Assembly: GCA_965226585.1 (NCBI GenBank) | Contig: OZ245366.1 | Location: 1,319,423 to 1,383,422, forward strand | DNA: 64,000 nucleotides | Source of the DNA: Thermodesulfobacteriota bacterium | Lineage (GTDB): Bacteria > Desulfobacterota_D > UBA1144 > Nemesobacterales > Mycalebacteriaceae | Direction: 5' to 3' | Shown: positions 1 through 13,195 of the stretch, one piece after another | Numbering within the stretch: position 1 is the first letter of the stretch | Layout of the letters: the number at the start of each line of letters is the position of its first letter | Made by a program: the position numbers and the translations under genes | Notes under the pieces: model-generated | The model's input: only the letters and a program-made list of their open reading frames with translations | What the model was told of the DNA's origin: nothing | Database searches by the model: none

Positions 1-3000
1 GGTTGATTCCCAACTCGTAGAAACATACTGAAACCTGCCGTCAACCATATATCTGTCCACTATTGTGGAGGCAAAAATGCCGCCCATAAATCTTGTTGCC
101 TCTCCGCTTGCGTCTGCCCTGCCTTCATCAGTCAGCACATCCATATCAAGGTTTGAGATTTCATAACCGCCTGCCACCGAAACAAGAATGCTGTTAAACG
201 GCGCGGATACGCCGCCGGTGAAGGTATAGACATCTTCGTCATAGTTAATCGCTGAAGAATAGCGGGTGTACCTTCCGCCCGATGTTGCCCACACGCAACC
301 AGTCCAGAAATCTCCGTCTATCTCATCACTTGCCGCAGAGCCGTAACCGCAACCGCTTGAAAGTTTTGTGGCAAAACTCCTGTCTGCGCGGTAAGCGGAC
401 TGGATGAGAGAATCATAGATATCCAAACTGGCATCTTTCAGCGACATTGCTGTCAAAAACAGGTTGCCGTCTCCATCTGTCTGAACACTTCCCCTTTCGC
501 CTATTTCCGCGTTTAGACGCTCTACAACCTCTTGCCTTTCTTCGCCGTCCGGCAAGTCGTCCGCTTCAAAAATTGTGTACTCCGTTATATGCGTTCCGGG
601 AACATCAACTCTGACTCTGAAACCTTCAATATCTTCCGCGCTTATCGTGCCTTCAAGGTTTATAAGCGGTTTGCCTGTCATCTCTTCAGGGTCTGCCGAG
701 ACAACAAGGGTTGAATTCGCGCCGAAGGTTATTTTGTCCAAGCCGTTAAAACCGCCCGCGCCGGCAAGAACTATTGTGCCTTCATTTATGAAATGGTCAT
801 CGCCTTCGCCAAAGTTAATGGTTGCCCGTTCCGGCTCCCGCTCAGGCGTGGCGGATGAAAGACGGAAACGGTTGCCGCCTCCTTCAGACGGGGTTGACTG
901 CGCCCCGTGCGCCGGAGCCGACTGCGAGGATGGCGGGGGTGATGATGATGGCGGAAGCCCCGTAACGGTGTCAGAACTATCGTGTATGACCGACCCCGCG
1001 CCGTTTATTGTGCCTCTGTTTTGGAAAATATCCGAGCCGGATCCCGTGTCAAAAGAGGTGATAATTGTGATAGTTCCCGTGTCTTCGTTATAGACTTCGT
1101 CATCGTCAGCGCCCATGCTGGCGTTTCCGATGAATGTGCCTTCGTTTGTGAAAATGTCATCGCCGTCTCCCGTGTCAAAAGAGCCGATAATTGTGAGAAG
1201 TCCCGTGTCTTTGTTGGTAAATGTGTCTCCGACATCGCTCAGAGTTACTTTTCCGACTATCGTTCCCCAGTTGTCAAGTCCAACGTCATTGTTGTCCCAC
1301 TCGTCTCCCACCTGCAAGGCGATTACGTTGTTCGCGGGGGTAACTATGCAGTTGCGGTTCTCATCTATCACACCGCCGCACAGAAGAGCGCCCTCAAAAA
1401 TCCGCAGCAAACTCTGATAACGGGCATACGAGCCGCTTCTCAAAGATACCGCCACAGAGTTCATCCCGGACGCAGACACATTCGCGCCGTTGTACATATG
1501 GAGTTCCGCCTCGCTTTCGCCAACATTCGGGTCATCATCTTTCTCTTCAATCAGGATGGTTGTGCTGTCCGCTCCGGTTGTGTACACATCTGCGGCGTTT
1601 ACGTTCACGACGCCAATCCTGTCATACGAATTAATATTTACCGCCACACTCCGCGCGCCGTTTGTGAATACACGCGCCCCGCTGTCAATCGAAATGGTTG
1701 ATCCGAATCCGTAGAACCCGTCCACCACCGCCATTGCGTGGCTGTCATTGGCTGTTGTGTACACTTGCGACCCGCCGGACACTCTTGTGTAGGTAACTCC
1801 CACCCTGCCTCCGATAAGTATCGCGTTGCTTTTCGCGCCGTTCGCGAACACTCTGGAATTGCCGTGAACCACAATATTTCCAAATGCCTCCGTTTCTATG
1901 AATATGCCGTTGCCCGTTTTTGTGGTGAACACGCTTGATGACTGGTTGACAATTACTTGCAGTTCATCGTTGAACCCGCCGTCAATACTGTTCGCATAGA
2001 TTGCGACGCTTCCCGCGCCGTTTGCCCACACATGAGACTGATTACCGACAGTTATGAACTGGCTCCTCAAAATAGCATTGCCATAGACTGAGCGCGCGCC
2101 GTCTCCTTCCGTCCACACTTGCGACTTGTCGTTAATCGTAATGTTGGAGTGCTGTGCCGCGCGGGAGTTCATGAATATCGCGCCCGTTCTCGCGCCGTTT
2201 GCCCACACTTTTGAGCCGTTTGTAACTGTCCACTCCGTACTCCGGCTCCGGTCGCCCCCGGAATGCGCTTGCGACACCGCCGTTGCTCTGCTTTGTCCTG
2301 TTGACCACATATTTGAGCCGTTGATTTCAATTCCCATAAACCGGTGGGATTCTGCCAACAGCGCGCTTCCGTCTTGTCCCGTTGCCCAAACATTTGAGCC
2401 GTTGGCAACCGAAACATAAGAATCGCTTGTTAAGGATGTTGTTGTTTTCGTTCTTATGCCGCTTCCGCCTCTGCCCGTAGTTCTGATGTTTGAACCGCTG
2501 ACGACAACATTGCCTCCTCCCGCTCCAAGCATATTCATAAAGACTGCCGAGGAACGTGCAGGCGTGGAAGTTCGTGTGGAGTTTTCAAAGATGTCTGAAT
2601 CGCTAATTTCCACATAAGCTCTGCCGGCCGTTGTCCGCGCCCTGATGGCGTTTGAGTCCCGTGTTGCGTCCGTCCATATCTTTGAGGAATTGACCTTCAC
2701 AACAATCGCGTTGTCTCCGGTTTCCGTGTTTGACGAGAAGGCGAAAATTGCCGAACTTGCGGTTTCATTTGCCCATATATTTGAGCCGTTGATGCTGACC
2801 GCAACACTGCCGCCTCCGGCATTGGCGACAACCGCATTTGACCTGCCTCCGCCCGCCCATATATCCGAGCCGTTTATCTCAATGTCTATATTCTCGCTGT
2901 CGCCCCCGCTGCTGATATGAGCGGCGTTCACGTCTTCGGCTACCGACGCTCTGCCCGCGCCTATTTGCGAGTTGTGAATGGCAACAAACATTGCCGCAGG

Positions 3001-6000
3001 GGTCGCCGTTTCCGCCCACAGCGCGTTTGCTCTCGCGCCGTTTGCCCGCACCTTCAGGTTGCGGAGTTCAATATCCGGGCTGTCTGTCCTGACAGTGTTA
3101 ACGCTGTCACCGGCAGACCATATTTCCATCGTCTCGCCTTCCGCCGCGCTGATTGAGAGCGAGCCGCCGCCGCTTTCAGACCATATTGCCGAACTGCCCG
3201 CGCCGTTTGCCCAAATCTTTGAGGAAACCCCCGTATCGTAGGAAACATCGCCGCCCGCGCTGCTTTTCAAGACAATCGTGTTGCCGTCCGCGCCTTGCGT
3301 CCAAGCCCGTTTCGCGTTGAAGTAGTTGTTGATTTCCACAGCCGCGCCCGTCTGGTGGTCAAGCGAAAACACCGTTCCCCTCAAGCCTTCTGTCGATACT
3401 TCATTCTGGTTTCTGATATTCATTCGGAATGTCCGCACGGTGTCGTCAATCATGTTTGCCGCGCCGCCGCTTGTCACCGTTGTCGCGAACACGGTCGCGT
3501 CATCCTCTCCCATGCGGAAAGATGTGTTTGTGGAATCAACAGATATCCGCGTGCCGGAACTGTCCGTTAATTTGAAAAACTCTCCCGTTGAGTTTGCCAG
3601 TATGACAGCCGAGTTGTGCAGTTGAACGCCTATGTCGCCTCTTTGCGCGTTGAGGGTGAACGCCGCGCTGTCTGCGCCGTTGACCAAAATGGTAACGCCG
3701 TTGAAGTTCGCCTGAATCTTGTTGCCGCCGCCCTTAACCTGAATTGTCTCTCCGCCGAAAGCGGTTGAGTTATCACCCTCCGTCCAAACGGTTGAGTCGT
3801 GTACATCCATAAAAGATGTGCCGCCCGCTTCGGTGATAAGGAACAACGGCGCCGAGTTTGCCCCGTTTGCCCATACTTTTGACCCTCTCACTTCTATGTC
3901 GGTTTTTCCGTATAAGTATGTGTAGCCGTTGACGGCAACTGAATTATGTCCTTCAGTCCATACATCCGAGGCGGTTACGGTTACAAGCCCGTTGCCCGTT
4001 TCACTTTCGCTGAAAGCGTTAATTGCCGCCGAATGGCTTCCGTTTGCCCAAACTTTTGATTTGTCCAGATTTACAATCGCGTGTCCTTCCCTGCCAGCAT
4101 CAATGTCCTCAACGGTTTGCACGGCTACGCCGGATGAGTTATCTCCTTCCGCCCAAATGTTCACGCGGACGGCGTTCACAATTCCATTCCCGCCTTCAAG
4201 CGCGGCAACATAGACGGCGTTGGACTCATTGCCGCCGGTTGATATGTCCATAACGCTCAAATCTACAAATGTGCGTCCTCCCGGTATTGCCGGGGTTCCG
4301 GGGTTTGTGCAGTACACTTCTCTCCCGTTCGGAAATACAACGCAGAGATATCGCCATCCGTCTATCGCCGGAACACCCCCGCCGTCTTGAATGGCAACCG
4401 AGAGTCCGGTGGAGTTGCGCCCGCTTGTCCGTATGTTTGAACTTGTGAAACTTGCATTGGCGTGTCCTCTGAATTGAGAGTGCACGATAACCGCCGTTGA
4501 ATCCGCGCCCGCTGTTGTAATGTCTGTGCCGTTTATTTCCGCAGAGGCAAGTGAGATGCCCCTTGACGCTCTTATCTCAAGCCCCGTTGAAAAGCGTTTT
4601 GCCGTCCGCACGGTTGAATCGTCAATGCCTACAAATACCACCGAGTTTGTGCCTGAACTGTTCGGTAATTTTGTGGCGTCCGCATAAATTGCCTTGGAAC
4701 TTATTTCGTTTGCCCACACATCGGAGTCTTTCACAAAGAGAGCCGCATTTCCGCCCAGATCTGCGGTTACGGTAATTGCCGTTGATATTGTGTCTTCCGT
4801 CCACACATTCGCCCCTGTCGCGTTCACTGTGGCGTTTGCCCCGCCGTATGAGGTTACGTTTATGCCGCGTGAGCGGCTTCCCCATGCGGAGATATTTGAG
4901 CCGCTGATGTTTATGGCGGCGTTTCCAAAAAATGCGTCTGCGGAAATCGCACTCGCGCCAAGTCCGCCCGCCCGTATATTCGCGCTCACCGCATTTATAA
5001 GCAGTTCCACGCCCGCCTCGTAAGACGATATCGCGGTTGACACGCTTCCGTTAGCCCACACGCTCGCCCCGTTCACATCAACCGTAATTTCAGTTGTGTC
5101 CGCCGTCCGCTTTTCCGCCTTGATTGCCGCGCCGCCGTCTCCTGAATGAATCCAAACATTCGCCCCGCCGGACACTTCCACCGTTTCCGCGACTATTGTT
5201 ACACCTCCCACTCCGTTAGCCCACACATCCGAGCCGTTGACTGTTGCCGTTGTCGCAAGCACGGTTACGCCGTTTGAGTTGTTAGTCCAAACTTTCGCCC
5301 CGCCCACAATATCCACCGTTGTTGCCACCGTGATTACCGCGCCTGTGTTGATTGCCCCTTCCGCCCAAACTTCAGAGTTGTTGATTGTCGCAGATGTCGC
5401 TTTTATGGCGTTGCTGTCTGATATGCCGTTAGTCCAAACTTTTGCCTCGTTGCTTATCATCACGGTTTCCGCCGTGATGGTTTCGCTTGTGTTGCCTTCC
5501 GTCCACACATTCGCGCCGTTGACTGTTACCGTTACCGCCCTCACCGCGTTGCTTGTGTCGCCGTTTGCCCACACATTCGCGCCGTTCCATATATTTGCGG
5601 TTGTCGCCCTGATTGCATCGCTTGTCGCGCCTTCCGTCCATATATCCGAGCCGTTTGCCGTTACCGTTTCCGCTGACACCGCGTTACTCGCGGCTCCGTT
5701 TGCCCACACTTTCAAGTCGTGAACGGTTGCCGAGCCGCCGGATAAAGAAGAAGCGTTTATGGTTGAACCGCCCGCGCCGATTGTCCAAATCTCTCCCATT
5801 CCGTCTTCAGAAACGATGGTTACAGTTTCCGAAGTTCCCGCCTCAACCGCCGCTGAGCCATCGCCGTTTGCCCAAACCTTTCCGCCGCCGCTCACATTGA
5901 CCGTTGCCGCAATTATCGTGTCGCTTGTGTTGTCTTCCGTCCAAATCTGCGCGCCGTTGACTGTTGCCGTTGCGGTGAAAATCGCGCGGGCTTGCTGTCC

Positions 6001-9000
6001 GTTTGCAAACACTTTTAAGTCATGAACCGTTACGCTTGTTGCCGCGTTCACGGTTGAAGCCCCGATACCGCTTGACCAAATTTCTCCCATCCCGTCTTCA
6101 GAAACGATGGTTACAGTTTCCGAAGTTCCGGCGCGAACCGCCGAGGAAGAGGGTCCCGTCTCGCCAACCCAAATTTTTCCGCCGCCCGAAACGTTGACCG
6201 TCTGCGCGGTTACCGCGTTGCTTGTCGCGCCGTTGCTCCAAACCTGCGCGCCGTTGTAGATGTTCACATCTGTCGCGTCAATGGCTGTGCTTCTTTCTTT
6301 GTCAGCCCACACACTCGCGCCGCCGTCAACTGTTGCCGTTGCCGCCGAAACCGTCCGGCTTGCCGCGCCGTTAGACCATACTTTCAAACCGTCATTGATA
6401 TAAGCCGCCGCCGTTGCTTTCACCGTTGAAACGCCGTCAACTGTTGTCCAAACCTCTCCGTCTCCGTCTGCTGATATGATGTTGACCGTTCCCGAACCGC
6501 CCGCAGAAACCGCCGAACTGTCCGCGCCTTCCGCCCAAACCTTTCCGCCGCCCGATACATTCACCGTGCCCGCAACTACCGAGTTGCTTGCCGAGCCGTT
6601 TGCCCACACTTTCGCGCCGTTCCAGATGTTTGCGGTTGTCGCGTCAATGGTTCTGCCGCCTTGTCCTTCACTCCATACTTGAGTGCCTGTGCCGTTGACT
6701 GTCGCGCTTGCCGCCTTAACTGTGTTGCTGTCTGAGCCGTTTGCCCACACTTTCAAGCCGTCATTGATGTAAGCCGCCGTTGTTGCTTTTACCGTTGAAA
6801 CGCCGCCAACTGTTGTCCAAATCTCTCCGTCTCCGTCTTCAGAGACGATGTTGACCGTTCCCGAAGTTCCCGCAGAAACGGCTGAACTTCTCACGCCGTT
6901 TGTCCAAACTTTTCCGTCTTTTGAAATATTTGCCGTTTCCGCGACTATCGCGTTACTGCCCGTGCCGTTAGCCCAAACCTTCGCGCCGTTCCAGATGTTC
7001 ACGGTTGGCGCGACTATGGTGTCGGATGAGCCGCCTTCCGTTGTCCAGACATCCGTGTTGTTGACTGTCGCGCTTGTTCCCGCCGTAACCGCCCGGCTTG
7101 CCGCGCCGTTTGCCCAAACTTTCACGCCGTCATTGATGTAAGCCGCAGTTGCCGCTGTTACTGTTGAAACTCCGGAGATTGTCCAAATCTCTCCCGTTCC
7201 GTCTTCAGAGATGATATTTGCCGTTCCCGAAGTTCCCGAAGAGACGGCTGAACTTCCCGCGCCGTTTGCCCATACCTTGCCACCGTTTGAAACGTTCAAA
7301 GTTTCAGCGACTACCGTGTTGCTTGTTACGCCGTTAGACCACACTTTCGCGCCGTTCCAGATGTTTGCCGTGCCTGTTGCGATTATGGTGTCGCTTGTGT
7401 CTCCGTTTGACCACACTTCCGTTGCTGAGCCGTTGATTGTTACGGTTGCCGCCGTAACCGCCTGACTTCCCGCGCCGTTAGACCATACTTTCAAGCCGTG
7501 AATGCCTGCCGTTGTTGTTGCCTTTACCGTTGAACTTTCCGAAGCGTTAGACCACACTTCTCCCTTTCCGTCTTCTGATACGACCGTAACCCCTCCGCCG
7601 GTTTTCGCTGAAATTGCCGAACTTCCGGAAGCGTTAGACCACACTTTCGCGTCATTTGAAAAGTTGACTGTTTCCGCAACTATGGAGTTGCTTGTGTTGC
7701 CTTCCGTCCAGACTTCAGAGCCGTTGACCACAACAGTTGTTGCTGAAATGGCGTTGGCTGTCGCTCCGGTAGCCCGCACTTTTGAACCATTCCACACATT
7801 CACCGCGCCAGTTGTTGTTGAGATTGTGGCGGCTCCCGTTTTGTTCGTCCACACATCCGCGCCGCTGACATCAACATCACCAGTCGCCAAAATCGCGTAG
7901 TTCGAACCGTTGCCGCCAATATCTGCGTCCACAACATTCACCGTTGACGCATTAATTGCCGCAAATCCGCCGTTCGTCCAGACGGAAAGACCGTCCGCTT
8001 CTCCCGCCACTACTGACAGGGTTCCCGTGCCCGTGGTTGACGCTTCAATGGCAATACTTCCGGCTTTATCCGCAAAGATAGCCGAACCGCCGTTTCCGCC
8101 TATGTTTATGTCTCCGCTTGTGGATGTTGCTATGACGCCGTTTCCACCTTCAGTGGATCCGCCGCCTCTTCCATAAACGACTCCGTTCGCGAGAGCGAGG
8201 TCAATGTTTCCGCTAACCGTGTTGGCTATGATGCCGTCTTTACCAACTATGCAGGAAACGGCGTTCGCAATTGTTATGTCTATGTTTCCCGCGCCTCCCG
8301 TGTCTGCCGCCAAGCCGTGAGAGTCTCCCACGGATGAGGCGAAGATTGCCGCGCCGTTTATAAGTTCAACTGTTATGTCTCCGCCGCCTGTGGATGTGAG
8401 TGTCGCGCCTCTTGTGTCTCTAACTGTGTATTCCTTGCCTGTGCCGCTTCTGGCTCCATACAGGTGGATTGCCGAATACATCCCCTCAAATGAAAGTTCA
8501 ATATCTCCGCCTGCTGTGTTTGCTATAAGACCGTTTGTGCCTTGCCTGTCTGAAACGATTATTCCCTGATTGGAGAAGTCCGCGACCACGTTTCCGCTTG
8601 TGGATGTTGCTATAATCCCGTTTCCGCCGGTTCCCCCGATTTTAACTCTTGAGGTGTTGTGAACGCCTATATTCACATCGCCCGTTCCGGCTGTGATGGT
8701 AGCAGGGTTGTTAGGAGCGTCTGGGTCGGTTTCCCCGATTCTAACTCTTGAGGTGCTGATGGTAACAACGTTTCCGCCGGTTCCGTTTTTGGCGGTAAAA
8801 GAGCCGTCATCGGTTTGGAAGGCAGCGGCAGTCGCGCCGCCGATAACTATTGTATCTCCGCCCGTTTGGGTTGTTGCGACATTTGCACCGTAAGAGGTAA
8901 GGGTGGCAGACCCTCTGGCGGATTTGACTGTAACAGCGGGAACATCCGTAACCACGGAACGCGCGCCGCCTGAGATGTTAAGCGCGGCGTCTGTTGCGGA

Positions 9001-9125
9001 AGTACAGTCAATTGCGGTTGCGGCAACCGGTGTTACATCGCCGCAACTCGTTTGCGCATGGGAGTTTTGCGGCGCAAAAGCAAATAAAATTGCGAACAGA
9101 AAGGTGATGGTTAATTTTCTGTGCA
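1..9125 (-). CDS. Giant autotransporter-like surface protein, paralog A. It is partial: the 3' end runs off the window, so the protein is longer than 3040 aa. It appears chimeric, with a class-I N-terminal passenger fused to an E-like passenger and β-domain.
   Basis: The start codon is the complement of 9123-9125, and the N-terminus reads MHRKLTITFLFAILFAFAP...AQ like paralogs D, F and G. No in-frame stop-bounded minus ORF is listed down to position 1, which I read as an open frame running to the window edge. Plus-strand shadow ORFs at 7502..7900 and 6848..7141 match the shadows of D and G. Nucleotides 1..~3280 align almost base-for-base with 31241..~34480 in paralog E. Confidence 0.8.
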
Positions 9126-9270
9126 TAAGGGTTCCCGTATTAGGGATAATTCAACAGCAAAACTCGGCGTTGTTAGACCGGTTATGGCGCGGGATTATAC
9201 CCATACAGACTATATTGTTGGGGTTTTCTGTCAAATGGGGAGAGGGGTAGAAAAGGGGTTTTTTTCCGTC

Positions 9271-9291
9271 ATTCCGTGCTTGACACGGAAT
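9271..9291. repeat. Solitary repeat-derived hairpin (attccgtg-cttga-cacggaat) in the A–B intergenic spacer, 7 nt past the paralog B stop codon.
   Basis: A perfect 8-bp stem with a 5-nt loop, the same hairpin module found in the 113-bp array units. On the plus strand it is preceded by GGGG-T7. Confidence 0.5.
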
Positions 9292-9297
9292 CCGGTA

Positions 9298-12200
9298 TTA
9301 AAACGCTAATCCAACTCTCGCGCTAAACACCTGCGTTAGCGTATCCAGCCCCGGCGTTACTCCGCCGTCATAGTCAATCCGCACATTAAAACCCTTATAC
9401 GGCAACACAAACTCAGCCCCGGCGCCGTAATTAACCATTATCCTCTCAAGCGAACCGGTTACCTTGAACAAATCTCCGCCGCTTGTCCTCGCGCTCCACT
9501 GCGTTTCAGGGTCTGTAATGTGCGCGTCCGCTCCCAAACTCATCCAGATATTTACCGTCTCTCCCGCAGGAACATACGCCGTTACGGACGGGCTTATAAC
9601 CAAATATGTCTTCCCCGCCCCGCCAACGGTAAGGGCGGAATCTTCCAAAGCCGTCTCGCGGAAACCGTCAGCGGATACCTTTGTAACTCCCGCCTCAACT
9701 CTGGGGACAACCATAAACACACCGCCGGGAAATATCGGCATCTCCCCGCCCACAGCCGCAGACCATGTGGCTACATCCGTTTCCGCCCCGTGCTTCCCGT
9801 TATCGCCTCTTATCAGACTTTCCCCCCTTAACGCCGCAGATTCCCATGTCGCTCTGGCAAACTGCGTTCTCACATCCGTGATAATTCCGCTCCAAAACTC
9901 ACTCGCCACCGAAATACCCGCCATAAACCTCTCGCCGCCCGCGCTTGTGTCTGCTCCGGCGTCAAAGTCCGATGTCTCATATCCCGCCGCAACCGATACG
10001 ATGGATTTTCCGGCAGGCACGGTAAAACCGCCCGTGAATACGTGGGCATCTTCACTGTATTCGGAAGTGGCGGTGTGCCGCGTGAATCTGCCGTCCGCCG
10101 CCGCCCACAGACAGCCGCCCCGCAGGTCTTGCGTTTCCGTCTCATCGCCGCCGCCGTAGCAACCGCCGCGCAGTTTTTCTGAAAATGCGTTGTCCGCGTA
10201 GTAGGCGGATTGAATCATGGCGTCATAGTTTCTCAGGTAATCGTATGGACGGAGGTTGGAAAGGGTAATGAAGATGTTGCCGATTTCATCCATCCGGGCA
10301 GACGCATTCCGTTCAAGCCCATCGCTTACTATGTTGAAAATTGCCTGTCTTTCATCTTCGCTGTCCACCAGAATTTCTTCCCTGAATAACAGAAACTCTC
10401 CCGAAAGTCTCTCAGGGTTGGCAAATCTTGCGCTGAAACCTTCAATGTCCGCCTCAGCTATCTCGTCTTCAACGTTTATGAGCGATCTGCCCACCATCTC
10501 GACAGGGTCTGCGGTTATAAGAAGGAGTGAGTTTTCGCCGAAGGTTATTTTCTCCAAACCCGCAAAGCCCTCGCCTCCGATAACCATTGTGCCGTTGTTT
10601 ATGAAATAGTCATCGCCGCCGCCAAAGTTTATTGGTATCCCCGTGCCGTTTATTATGCCGTCATTTCTGAAAGTGTCTTCGCCGGTTCCCGTGTCAAAAG
10701 AGCCGGCCATTGTGATAACTCCCGTGTCTTTGTTGGTAATTCTGTCGTGGTAATCGCTCAGTTTCACATCTCCGACTATCGTTCCCGCGTTTTCCAGAAT
10801 GGAGTGGTAGTCTGCGGGGTCGTCATCCGCATTTCCGTCATCCCTTATCCGCACCGCCGCCGCGCCCGCCGCGCCGGTTATAAGACAGTTGCGTCCCGCG
10901 TCTATCACACCTGAGCACACAAGGCCGTCTTCAAAAACTTTCATAATGGTTTTGTAATATGCCGCTCTGCCGCTTCTCAAAAATACCGCCGTAGAGTTCT
11001 GTCCGTCTGCCGATACATTCGCGCCGCCGGATATGTAGAGTTCCATCTTGCCCCCGCCGGAACTCCTTGCTCTTTCCGCAAGCATTATGGCCGCGCTGTC
11101 CACTCCGGTTGCATAGACACCCGCGCCGCCTGATATGTTCGCAATGGCGTCTCTGTTATATGCGTTGATATTTATAGCCGCGCTTCTCGCGCCGTTAGAG
11201 AAAACACGCGAACCGCCGTCAACATAAACGTATGACCTCGCGCCGGCAAAACCGTCTGTTATTGCTATTGCGTTGCTGTCTGCTCCGGTTGTGTACACTT
11301 GCGACCTTCCGGACACTCTCATGTGGGAATCCCCGATTCCGAAGCCAATAAATATCGCGTTGCTTTTCGCGCCGTTTGTCCAAACTCTGGAACCGTCGTG
11401 AACCACTATGTTGGCGAATGCCTCCGTATCTACGGCTATGGCGTTGCTCATTTCGTCTGTGGTGAAAACCCTTGACGAGCCGTTGACAATCACCCGCGCG
11501 AAATCGTCAATTCCGCCGTCCGCGCTGTTTGCGTAGATTGCCGTGCTTCCCGCGCCGTTTGCCCACACACGGGAATGACTGTGGACTTCTATGTATTGAT
11601 TTCTTTCAGATGCGTTTCCGTAGATTGAGTATGCCGAGTCTCCCTCCGTCCACACTTCCGACCCGCCGGAAATGATAATGCCCGACCCCGGCGCTCTTTG
11701 AGAGTTCATGTATATCGCGCCCGTTCCCGCGCCGTTTGCCCAAACCTTTGAGCCGTTTGCAACCACCCACTCCGCTCGCGCCCCCGTCCAGCTTCCCGCG
11801 CTGTGATGCGAGTTTGACTCAGCCGCCGCTCTGCCTTCTCCAACAGACCACACATTTGAGCCGCTGATTGTAATTCCTATAAATCTGTGCGAGTTCACGA
11901 AAATCGCGCTTCCTTCCGTGCCGTTTGCCCACACATTTGAGCCGTTGGCAATCGTAAGAGTTGTGTCCTGTCTTATGGCTCCCGCGCTCTCCGCCCTTAT
12001 GGTTTTGCTGTTAATTCCTCCCGACCAGATGTTTGAACCGCTTGCGACAAAACCAATTCCTCCCTGTCCGGTTGAGTTCATCATCACCGCCGCAGAACGC
12101 GCCTGAAAAGAGAGTCTGGAATCTTCAAAGACGGTGGAGTCTCGTATTTCCACATAGATTTTGCCGGCGCCCGTTGTTTGCGCCCTGATGACGTTTGAGT

Positions 12201-13122
12201 CTCGTCCCGCGTTTTGCCCTGACCAAACCCTTGACGATTGGACCTTCACAACAACCGCGTTGGTTCCGGAGTCTGAGTTTGCGGAGGTGGCGAAGATTGC
12301 CGAACTTGCAGACTGGTTTGCCCATATCTCAGAGCCTTTGACATCAACCGCAACACTGCCGGTTCCGGGGTTGGCGGCAATCGCGCTTGAGTTAGTTCCG
12401 TCCGTCCATATTTTTGAGCCGTTTATTTCAATGTTTATATTTTCGCTGTCGCCCGCGCTGGTGATATGAACGGTGTTCAACCATCTGCTGAATACCGGCT
12501 TGCCCGCGCCCAGTTGAGAGTTGTGAATGGCAACGGATATTGGCGAGGGTGTTGCCGTTTCCACCCACAGCGCGCCCGCTCTGTTGCCGCTTGCCCGCGC
12601 TTTCAGGTTGCGGAGTTCAACATCCGGGCTGTCTGTTCTGATAGTGTTGACGCCCGGTTGAGAAGTCCATATTTCCATTGTTTCGCCATCCGCCGCGCTG
12701 ACAGAGAGCGAGCCACCGCCGCTTTCAGACCATATAGCCGAACTGCCCGCGCCGTTAGCCCATATTTTTGATGAGATTCCTGCGCGGTAGGAAACGCCGC
12801 CGCCCGCGCTTTTCAAGACAACCGTGTTGCTTTGCGCGCCGTTAGTCCAGATATCTGTGGCGTTAATGGTTAGAAGCAGGTTAGCGGTTTGATTTTCGTT
12901 GGAAGCGTTAACGGCGGTTGACTGGCTTCCGTTTGCCCACACTTTCAAGTTGGCGAGTGTGGTTGTTGCCGTTGCGTTGAATGTTGAGACGCTGTTATCC
13001 ACCGTCCACAATTCTCCGTCTTTTGAGAAAGCCGCAACATCTATTGACTGTGCGTAAGAGGGAGGCGGTGAGAAAGCAAACAGGATTCCGAGTATGGAAA
13101 GCAGGGTTAGGGTTTTACGCAT
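9298..13122 (-). CDS. Autotransporter-like outer-membrane protein, paralog B, 1274 aa.
   Basis: Signal peptide MRKTLTLLSILGILFAFSPPPSYAQ. The passenger carries VWANG/VWTNG/VWSGQ repeats. A conserved linker (RGGCYGGGDETETQDLRGGCLWAAADGRFTRHT) precedes a C-terminal β-barrel ending ...TQVFSARVGLAF. Confidence 0.85.
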   Translation of the reverse strand: MRKTLTLLSILGILFAFSPPPSYAQSIDVAAFSKDGELWTVDNSVSTFNATATTTLANLKVWANGSQSTAVNASNENQTANLLLTINATDIWTNGAQSNTVVLKSAGGGVSYRAGISSKIWANGAGSSAIWSESGGGSLSVSAADGETMEIWTSQPGVNTIRTDSPDVELRNLKARASGNRAGALWVETATPSPISVAIHNSQLGAGKPVFSRWLNTVHITSAGDSENINIEINGSKIWTDGTNSSAIAANPGTGSVAVDVKGSEIWANQSASSAIFATSANSDSGTNAVVVKVQSSRVWSGQNAGRDSNVIRAQTTGAGKIYVEIRDSTVFEDSRLSFQARSAAVMMNSTGQGGIGFVASGSNIWSGGINSKTIRAESAGAIRQDTTLTIANGSNVWANGTEGSAIFVNSHRFIGITISGSNVWSVGEGRAAAESNSHHSAGSWTGARAEWVVANGSKVWANGAGTGAIYMNSQRAPGSGIIISGGSEVWTEGDSAYSIYGNASERNQYIEVHSHSRVWANGAGSTAIYANSADGGIDDFARVIVNGSSRVFTTDEMSNAIAVDTEAFANIVVHDGSRVWTNGAKSNAIFIGFGIGDSHMRVSGRSQVYTTGADSNAIAITDGFAGARSYVYVDGGSRVFSNGARSAAININAYNRDAIANISGGAGVYATGVDSAAIMLAERARSSGGGKMELYISGGANVSADGQNSTAVFLRSGRAAYYKTIMKVFEDGLVCSGVIDAGRNCLITGAAGAAAVRIRDDGNADDDPADYHSILENAGTIVGDVKLSDYHDRITNKDTGVITMAGSFDTGTGEDTFRNDGIINGTGIPINFGGGDDYFINNGTMVIGGEGFAGLEKITFGENSLLLITADPVEMVGRSLINVEDEIAEADIEGFSARFANPERLSGEFLLFREEILVDSEDERQAIFNIVSDGLERNASARMDEIGNIFITLSNLRPYDYLRNYDAMIQSAYYADNAFSEKLRGGCYGGGDETETQDLRGGCLWAAADGRFTRHTATSEYSEDAHVFTGGFTVPAGKSIVSVAAGYETSDFDAGADTSAGGERFMAGISVASEFWSGIITDVRTQFARATWESAALRGESLIRGDNGKHGAETDVATWSAAVGGEMPIFPGGVFMVVPRVEAGVTKVSADGFRETALEDSALTVGGAGKTYLVISPSVTAYVPAGETVNIWMSLGADAHITDPETQWSARTSGGDLFKVTGSLERIMVNYGAGAEFVLPYKGFNVRIDYDGGVTPGLDTLTQVFSARVGLAF

Positions 13123-13195
13123 AACGGCACGGTGAGGTGTCTTGATTTGGTGAAGTATATTTGCGTAGAGGGTAGATGTCCACTAAGACGGGGCA

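Noticed and set aside
9271-9291. Rho-independent terminator for paralog B.
   Set aside because: On the minus-strand transcript the hairpin is followed by an A-rich run, not a U-rich one. A–B are only ~170 bp apart, so read-through into A is likely. I kept it as a repeat-derived hairpin only.
9121-9309. 62-aa plus-strand ORF spanning the A–B intergenic region.
   Set aside because: It overlaps the A start codon and the B stop codon, and its reading frame runs through the solitary repeat hairpin. It has no Shine-Dalgarno and no recognisable similarity.
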